A model generated the notes under the pieces. It was not told where the DNA came from, made no database searches, and worked only from the letters and a program-made list of their open reading frames with translations. This document shows positions 26,088 through 32,000 of a stretch of DNA of 32,000 bases, piece by piece. This DNA is from an uncultured archaeon (lineage in GTDB: Archaea; Asgardarchaeota; Jordiarchaeia; Jordiarchaeales; Jordiarchaeaceae): the NCBI GenBank assembly GCA_964510585.1, contig CAZECW010000121.1:1-32000 (forward strand), given 5' to 3'. Each line of letters starts with the position of its first letter. Position 1 is the stretch's first letter. Made by a program: the position numbers and the translations under genes.

Positions 26088-27392
26088 TTAATCGAATTTT
26101 CTCAGGTCGATAATCTGTTCTTTGGTTTCCTTTATGAGACCCTTGGGTACCAGCTCCACTTCAGCTTTAACACGAATCATTTCTTTGAATTCGTCTTCAA
26201 GAACCTTTTTAGCTTCGCTTGCCTCCTTGGGCAGTGTTTGACCTGTTCCCTCAAACTCAATCCTTATTGTCAGAACATCTGATAAGCCTGGCCGGTCAAC
26301 TATTGCCTCATAGTTTCCCAGTTCAGGATGCTTCCTTATGGTGGTTTTAATGTTAACGGGGTGAACGAACATTCCCTTAACCTTAGTCAGGGCATCCACC
26401 CTACCCAGTATTCTCAAGAGTTTTGGTGAAGTCCTTCCACAGCCACACTTCTCCTCGCTGAGCACAGACCCGTCACCAGTTCTAAACCGGATAAAGGGAG
26501 TCGCCAGCTTGTGGGGAAGGGTAACAGTAACGTCTCCCTCTTCTCCCGGTGCTACAGGCTCCTTTGTTTTAGGATCAATGAGCTCCACAATCAGAGTTTC
26601 CTCAAGATGCATTCCCGAAACCTCAGGGCACTCCCTTGAGATTCCACCCACATCAGCGGTTCCATACATCTGGCGGGCAATCATGTCAAAGGTGTCCTCC
26701 AAATGTTTCCTGAGACTCTCAGGCAGCGGCTCAGCAGTGAATAAGCCTACCTCCAGCTTAAGATCGTTTTTGGGGTCGATTCCCCCCTTCTTTGCCTCCT
26801 CACCAATCATAGCTAGAAAGGAGGGAGTTCCAGTAAAGGCCGTTGCACCAAGATCCCTCATTATAATCGCCTGATACACTGTTTGACCTATACCCATAGG
26901 AATCACGGTGCAACCCATATGCCTCAGGCACATGTGCAGTCCAAGACCCGCCGGAACCAAGTGGTAGAGGAAGGCATTGTGTACAATGTCTCCGGGCCTT
27001 ATACCGCAGGAATAAGCGGCCTTTGCTCCCGCCTCTATCAGTTTTTGTTCTTCCTCAGCCATTCCGCCCTCATATATCGGTCCTGGGGAAATGAATATTT
27101 CAGAGAGCTTGTTAAGGGGAACAGCTAGGAGTCCTCCAAAAGGCGGATCCTTTTTTTGGGCCTCTTGAAGTTCAGGCTTGGTAATTAAGGGAATTTTCCT
27201 AATGTCGTCTAGTGTCTTTATGTCCTCCGGGGTTAAACCTGCGCCCTGGTACAGTTTTTTGTAGAAGGGGGAGTTGGTGTATGCGTGTTTAAAAATGAAC
27301 AGCAGATTCTTGGTGTCTAATCTTTCCTTCTCCTCTTTACTCATAGTTTCTTCTTTCTCGTTCCAAAAACCTTTGGTTCGGTCAACCTTCAT
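26088..27392 (-). CDS. Phenylacetate-CoA ligase (PaaK)-like AMP-forming ligase
   Basis: SPFYKK, PLITK, GTPSFL, YGTAD, RFRTGD, GRVD..KVKG. The usual SSGTTG loop is replaced by ISPGPIYE. Confidence 0.85.
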   Translation of the reverse strand: MKVDRTKGFWNEKEETMSKEEKERLDTKNLLFIFKHAYTNSPFYKKLYQGAGLTPEDIKTLDDIRKIPLITKPELQEAQKKDPPFGGLLAVPLNKLSEIFISPGPIYEGGMAEEEQKLIEAGAKAAYSCGIRPGDIVHNAFLYHLVPAGLGLHMCLRHMGCTVIPMGIGQTVYQAIIMRDLGATAFTGTPSFLAMIGEEAKKGGIDPKNDLKLEVGLFTAEPLPESLRKHLEDTFDMIARQMYGTADVGGISRECPEVSGMHLEETLIVELIDPKTKEPVAPGEEGDVTVTLPHKLATPFIRFRTGDGSVLSEEKCGCGRTSPKLLRILGRVDALTKVKGMFVHPVNIKTTIRKHPELGNYEAIVDRPGLSDVLTIRIEFEGTGQTLPKEASEAKKVLEDEFKEMIRVKAEVELVPKGLIKETKEQIIDLRKFD

Positions 27393-27569
27393 AATCTTCT
27401 CCTCACCATAAAGTCAATAATTTTGTAAAGATTTTGGTAACCAACATTATAAACCTTTGCACAAAAAACGGAGATGCACATGTAGTGCCTTTTTTTGCAC
27501 CGCCGTGCACTGCTATGTTTTTGTTAAACAGGACAATAACAATTTAAGTTTCAATCATCAAGGTAGGAA

Positions 27570-28265
27570 CTAGACTGTGAAGAATCGAGCTATACAATTT
27601 GGTTTATCAAATATGGATATGGTGTAGTCCCACTCACGACGGGTGGCCTTTTTTAGACTTTGGCGTACAAGTGAAAACACACCACACACCATTCTACCAT
27701 CTGCCCTTTTTAATAGACCCTCATTTAAAGCTAACCGACACGCATCCAAAAAGTAGCAATCTTGAAAGAGCACATCTATGCTTCCATCCTCATTTTCCTT
27801 GTATCCCATTTGGAGGGGAGCAATCTTCATCTCAATTGTGGACCGGCGAAGCTTTACAAGCGCATCCACCAAATCAATTTCCACTAGGTCGCCTTCCAGA
27901 CCACTGTCAGAACCCATCACCCCTTCTGAAATAGCCATATCAAGGATCCGTGTTCCCGCCCCCTGACAGCCCTCCAATTTTTTTTCAGTTTTAAACACGG
28001 CCCAAAGCAATATCCAGTATGGGGGGAAACTACACTCTTTTGAGAGTAGGTAATCTGCCAACTGGTTCAGGGTTCTAACATCTTCAGGCTTTTCTTCTCC
28101 AATTTGCCTGGAAACCAGCCGTAAAGCATAATCTATCACCTTTGCGGTAAATACGAGGCCATACATATTTTCTTGTGCCTTAACTCCATTTATAATTAAT
28201 TCTGTTATGGTTCTCGTATCGGGTTGCGAATATGGAGCCACCTCAAGCATTCTGAAGTCAACCAT
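27570..28265 (-). CDS. Hypothetical protein with V4R-like C-terminal domain
   Basis: Cys pattern DCYFLDAC...VCG...PNC within a beta-strand-rich C-terminal half. ATG after GAGG. Confidence 0.5.
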   Translation of the reverse strand: MVDFRMLEVAPYSQPDTRTITELIINGVKAQENMYGLVFTAKVIDYALRLVSRQIGEEKPEDVRTLNQLADYLLSKECSFPPYWILLWAVFKTEKKLEGCQGAGTRILDMAISEGVMGSDSGLEGDLVEIDLVDALVKLRRSTIEMKIAPLQMGYKENEDGSIDVLFQDCYFLDACRLALNEGLLKRADGRMVCGVFSLVRQSLKKATRREWDYTISIFDKPNCIARFFTV

Positions 28266-28587
28266 CCCTCAACACCTTGCTTCCTATTTTTTGTTCGAGG
28301 TATTTATCACCGTATATATAAAGATTTTTCTTAAATATTTGGCATAATTTACTTGGCATCACTTGCCGTGGGTGGCGCAGTTTTTGTGAATTCCACTCAC
28401 CTTTTACACCTGGAATGGGATTTGTTCCATGGCCAAACGCCCATTTTAAGGATTAATTTGAAAGTTTCTTCCGTGATCTAACCCGCCCAAAACAGGTGAG
28501 ACACAGTTAACTGCGCCGAATATGATAGGTATTGTAGAATAAGGAAGTATAAAAAGTAACCCAGTATAATTATTAATTATGTTCCCC

Positions 28588-29142
28588 TTATTTAAATAAG
28601 GCTTGAGCTTCTTTAAATTCCCTAGTTTTAGCGTCCCTCAAGAGTTCAAACATAAGCATCTCTGTAGAGGATATTATAGCTCCGCTGTCCCTCATGCGCT
28701 CAATTCCAATCTGGCAGTTTTCCCGCGTACGAGAAGAAATAGCATCAGAAACCACACAAACCCTCATATTGTTATCTAAGCCTGACAATGCCGTTTGAGT
28801 AACACACACGTGTGACTCTATACCCACAAGGATTAGGATGGAAACCTTCAGCTCCACTATTTTCTCCCTGAAACCTTCAGCTCCAAAACAGTCAAAAACC
28901 GTCTTTTCAATAGGTACAGTCTCAGGAAGTTTTTCCCTTATTTGCTTAACTGTAGGGCCCAAACCCTTAGGGTACTGCTCAGTCAATATAATAGGCAGCC
29001 CCACTATCCTGGCAAAATCAATCAACTTACAAATATTCTGAACAATTTTCTCCTTATCCTGCATTACAGCCAACAATTTTTCCTGAACATCAATAATAAC
29101 AAGCGCAGCACACTCCCGCGTAAGCAGTCTTGAACCTGACAA
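28588..29142 (-). CDS. Isochorismatase-family cysteine hydrolase
   Basis: IIDVQEKL, TEQYPKGLGPT, EKTVFDCF, GIESHVCVTQT and DAISSR. Confidence 0.93.
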   Translation of the reverse strand: MSGSRLLTRECAALVIIDVQEKLLAVMQDKEKIVQNICKLIDFARIVGLPIILTEQYPKGLGPTVKQIREKLPETVPIEKTVFDCFGAEGFREKIVELKVSILILVGIESHVCVTQTALSGLDNNMRVCVVSDAISSRTRENCQIGIERMRDSGAIISSTEMLMFELLRDAKTREFKEAQALFK

Positions 29143-29287
29143 CTATATCAAACCTCCGTGAAAAGAGTATAGGAATTACTTTGACACTACCCAAATAAAA
29201 ATAGTCGCCCATACACAAGCATTAACATGTGTGAAAAAAGATTTGAAAAAATAGTTATTCGATTCCGGAGCGGAGGTCCGTTTAGAA

Positions 29288-31555
29288 TTAAATTACTTCG
29301 AAGCTGTCCTCAAGCCTAATGTCCTCCGAGGAGGCTCCAACCATGACTCTGAATAGGCCACGCTCCACGGCGAATCTTCCCCTGCCTTGATAAACTGCTA
29401 AGTCTTCTACGTTTAATTGGAGAACTACTCTCTGACTCTCGCCAGGCTTCAATGATACCCTCATGAATCCTTTTAGCTCTTTGAGGGGTGTAACTCGTGA
29501 ACTGCACACATCGCAAACATAGAGCTGCACCACCTCGTCACCAGCTCTTTCACCAGTGTTTTTAACTGTTAATGATACCTTTACTTTGCCTCCCACACCT
29601 ACCTTTTTGGGGGAAACTTCAAGATCACTATATTCAAAACGTGTATAGCTTAAACCGTACCCGAATTCGAAGAGTGGAGCATAGGCTGGTGGGTGGGCCT
29701 CAATGAAGGGCCTACTCTTACAGTTGTGCCTTACTGGTATTTGACCCACATATTTGGGAATAGAAATGGGCAATTTTCCTCCAGGGTTATAGTCTCCGAA
29801 TAGTACGTCGGCTATTGCTCTTCCACCCTCTAAGCCCGGGTGAAAGGCCAACAAGATTGCGGGCACGTTTTCGGCTATCCACTTCACAGCCAGGGGTCTA
29901 CCTAAAAGCAATACCGTAACAATGGGGGTGCCTACCTCGCGAATCGCTTCAACCAGTTTCATCTGTGCATATGGCAGCTCTAGGAGGACTCGGGAGGGAA
30001 ACACGTCCAGCCTTGCCAAAAGCTTCTGTCTCAACTCCTTTGTAAGTTCAACGCTTGGTAGACCAGTATCAAAACTCATTACAGATGCGACGTCGGCCAA
30101 GCTCCAAAACTCATGGATGTAGGCGGGTTCACCAAGTACGGTTATGGCTACGTCGCTCTCCTTAGCCTTCTCCTTTACTTCCTCCAAGTTGCCAAGCTCA
30201 TTATAGTCTGCGCCCTTAACGTAGGAAACCTTGGTTTTAGGTGAGACCTTGCCCTTTATGGCTTCCAAAACAGTTACTGCTGAAGGCCAGGGGCCGAAGT
30301 GGTTTGTCCACCCGCCTAAAAGTCCCTCCAAGTTGTCAGCGTTCGGCCCAGTCACCAGTACGGAGTTCAAATCCTTCGTGAGAGGCAGAAGACCCTCATT
30401 CTTGAGCAGCACTAAGCTTTTCCTAGAAGCTTGCAGTGCTAACTCCTTATTCTGGTGGCTCCCCACAATTCTCTGTGTCTCTTCAGGGTCCACGTATACC
30501 TTTTCAAATAGGCCCAGCCTAAACTTTACCTCAAGTATTCTCCTCACCGAAAGGTCTATTCTTCTCTCAGATATTTCACCACTGTTGACCAGTTCCAAGA
30601 GTGCCTGGTAAAATCTAGCTCCTCCAATTGAGTCAATGTCCAAGCCGGCCAAAACCGCCTGTTTCACCGCATCCTTGTAGCTCTCAGCAGTCCTATGGTA
30701 TCTGTGGAGCATCTCCACGCCACCCCAATCCGAAACCACTATTCCTCTAAAGCCAAGTGCGCCTCTAAGTAGCTCTGTAAGGTACTCGTAGGAACCATGA
30801 ACTGGCTTACCATTTATCTCGTTGTAGCAGGGCATTATGGATAGTACTCCAGACTTCACGGCAGCTTCAAAGGAGGGAAGATGAACAGTGTAAAAAGTGT
30901 ACTCTGATATGTCTACTGGTGCTGTGTCTTCTCCTCCCTCGGGAGCGCTGTAGGCTGGAAAGTGTTTAGCTGTGGCAGCCAAATGTTCTCCATCCACCCT
31001 GAAGCCCTCCCCTCCCTGGTAGCCCCGAACCATGGCAGCAGCCATAACAGAGCAGAGGTAGGGGCTTTCACCAAAGGTTTCAAATGTTCTCCCCCACCTA
31101 GGATCCCTAGCAATGTCGCATACTGGGTTGAGGTTCTGGTGTATGCCTGTGGCCCTAGTTTCTCTAGCTGAAACCTCAGCTACCTTTCTTGAAAATTCTG
31201 GGTCCCATGTTGAGGCCATACCTAGGTTGTGAGGGAAAACAGTGGTTCCCTTAACAAATGCGTGTCCGTGGTCAGCGTCAGTATATAGTAGGAGGGGTAT
31301 GCCTAGGCGGGTCTTCTCTAGGGCGTAGCTCTGGATTGTGTTTACGGTGTTAGCTAGGTCAGTGGCTTTTTCCCATAGGAGGAATGGGGCTCCGGCTCCT
31401 GCATGGTATTTTTCCACGGCTTCTAGGGCTATATCAGGTGTTATCATAAAGAAGCCCGACATTTGTCCCACTTTTTCTTCGACGGTCATTTTTGATAGGA
31501 GGTCTTCAACCCTTTCTTCGACTGTGCGATTTTTGTCGCGGTATATTTCACTCAA
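29288..31555 (-). CDS. GH3 beta-glucosidase/beta-xylosidase with C-terminal Fn3-like domain
   Basis: RDPRWGRTFETFGESP, KHF, MPCYN, nucleophile VSDW, FGYGLSY, EVVQLY and ELKGF. Start probably TTG 31555 or GTG 31564, not the track start 31648, which overlaps the upstream gene. No obvious signal peptide. Confidence 0.95.
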   Translation of the reverse strand: MSEIYRDKNRTVEERVEDLLSKMTVEEKVGQMSGFFMITPDIALEAVEKYHAGAGAPFLLWEKATDLANTVNTIQSYALEKTRLGIPLLLYTDADHGHAFVKGTTVFPHNLGMASTWDPEFSRKVAEVSARETRATGIHQNLNPVCDIARDPRWGRTFETFGESPYLCSVMAAAMVRGYQGGEGFRVDGEHLAATAKHFPAYSAPEGGEDTAPVDISEYTFYTVHLPSFEAAVKSGVLSIMPCYNEINGKPVHGSYEYLTELLRGALGFRGIVVSDWGGVEMLHRYHRTAESYKDAVKQAVLAGLDIDSIGGARFYQALLELVNSGEISERRIDLSVRRILEVKFRLGLFEKVYVDPEETQRIVGSHQNKELALQASRKSLVLLKNEGLLPLTKDLNSVLVTGPNADNLEGLLGGWTNHFGPWPSAVTVLEAIKGKVSPKTKVSYVKGADYNELGNLEEVKEKAKESDVAITVLGEPAYIHEFWSLADVASVMSFDTGLPSVELTKELRQKLLARLDVFPSRVLLELPYAQMKLVEAIREVGTPIVTVLLLGRPLAVKWIAENVPAILLAFHPGLEGGRAIADVLFGDYNPGGKLPISIPKYVGQIPVRHNCKSRPFIEAHPPAYAPLFEFGYGLSYTRFEYSDLEVSPKKVGVGGKVKVSLTVKNTGERAGDEVVQLYVCDVCSSRVTPLKELKGFMRVSLKPGESQRVVLQLNVEDLAVYQGRGRFAVERGLFRVMVGASSEDIRLEDSFEVI

Positions 31556-31574
31556 TTTTGACACCTTTCGAATC

Positions 31575-32000
31575 TTATTCTCCTTCCACCCATTTTTTAC
31601 AAATGTTGACTCCTGCCACTGCGTCTGGGGCGTAGGCGTCTGCACCAATTTTTTTGGCGTATTCCTCAGTGAGTGGCGCTCCGCCCACGATGACTTTGAC
31701 CTGATTTCTCAAATTTGCCTTTCCAAGTTCTTTTATCACGTTTTCTAATTCTTGCATGGTGACTGTGAGTAGGGCTGAGATTCCTAAGATTCTGGGTTTA
31801 TGGTTACGCACTGCTTCTACGAATTGTTCGGGAGAAATGTTTACTCCGAGGTCTACTACTTCGAATCCTGCCGCCATCATTAGGGTTGCGAAAATGTTTT
31901 TTCCAATGTCGTGGAGGTCTCCTTTGACTGTGCCCACGACCGCCTTGGCCATTTTTTTAACGTCTGAGTCTTTGAGGTGTGGGCTTAGGATTTTCATTCC
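31575..32000 (-). CDS. Corrinoid (B12-binding) protein of a methyltransferase system, 5'-truncated by the window edge
   Basis: GTVKGDLHDIGKN (DxHxxG), GFEVVDLG, SALLT, VGGAP and IGADAY. The frame is open to the window end. Confidence 0.93.
   Translation of the reverse strand, partial: GMKILSPHLKDSDVKKMAKAVVGTVKGDLHDIGKNIFATLMMAAGFEVVDLGVNISPEQFVEAVRNHKPRILGISALLTVTMQELENVIKELGKANLRNQVKVIVGGAPLTEEYAKKIGADAYAPDAVAGVNICKKWVEGE

Noticed and set aside
31556-31648. N-terminal extension of GH3 overlapping the corrinoid gene by about 70 nt
   Set aside because: The extension is non-homologous, and better starts with an RBS lie downstream of the corrinoid stop.
1-32000. CRISPR array, rRNA or tRNA genes
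   Set aside because: No regularly spaced direct repeats, no cloverleaf with a T-loop consensus and no rRNA-like stretch found by eye.

Overview
Archaeal chromosomal segment. Evidence: GGAGG/GGTGA ribosome-binding sites, TATA-like promoters, many TTG/GTG starts, PAC2 and V4R-like genes. An Asgard-type anaerobic heterotroph is my inference only. Most genes serve acyl-CoA/lipid and carbohydrate metabolism: two tandem thiolases, a MaoC pair, a lipase, an ADP-forming acyl-CoA synthetase alpha subunit, a PaaK-like ligase, a GH3 glycosidase and a corrinoid protein. An accessory-looking block at 9.1-18.1 kb holds an unexplained four-gene cluster (vWA/Zn-ribbon, ThyA-like, divergent QueC-like, pyruvate-kinase-barrel-only), followed by a TusA/DsrEFH sulfur relay with an Lrp regulator and a probable type II R-M pair. 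Not in the ORF track: three short non-autonomous IS200/IS605 elements with IS608-type ends. One interrupts a GDPD-like gene, one rewrites a gene's C-terminus, and both keep a promoter in front of a likely omega-RNA-like scaffold. Also found: a thiolase lacking both catalytic cysteines, a ~135-bp diverged intergenic repeat, a possibly switchable RNA leader, and a 5' G/T to 3' A/C compositional gradient along genes. No rRNA, tRNA or CRISPR array was seen. All calls come from motif reading without database searches.
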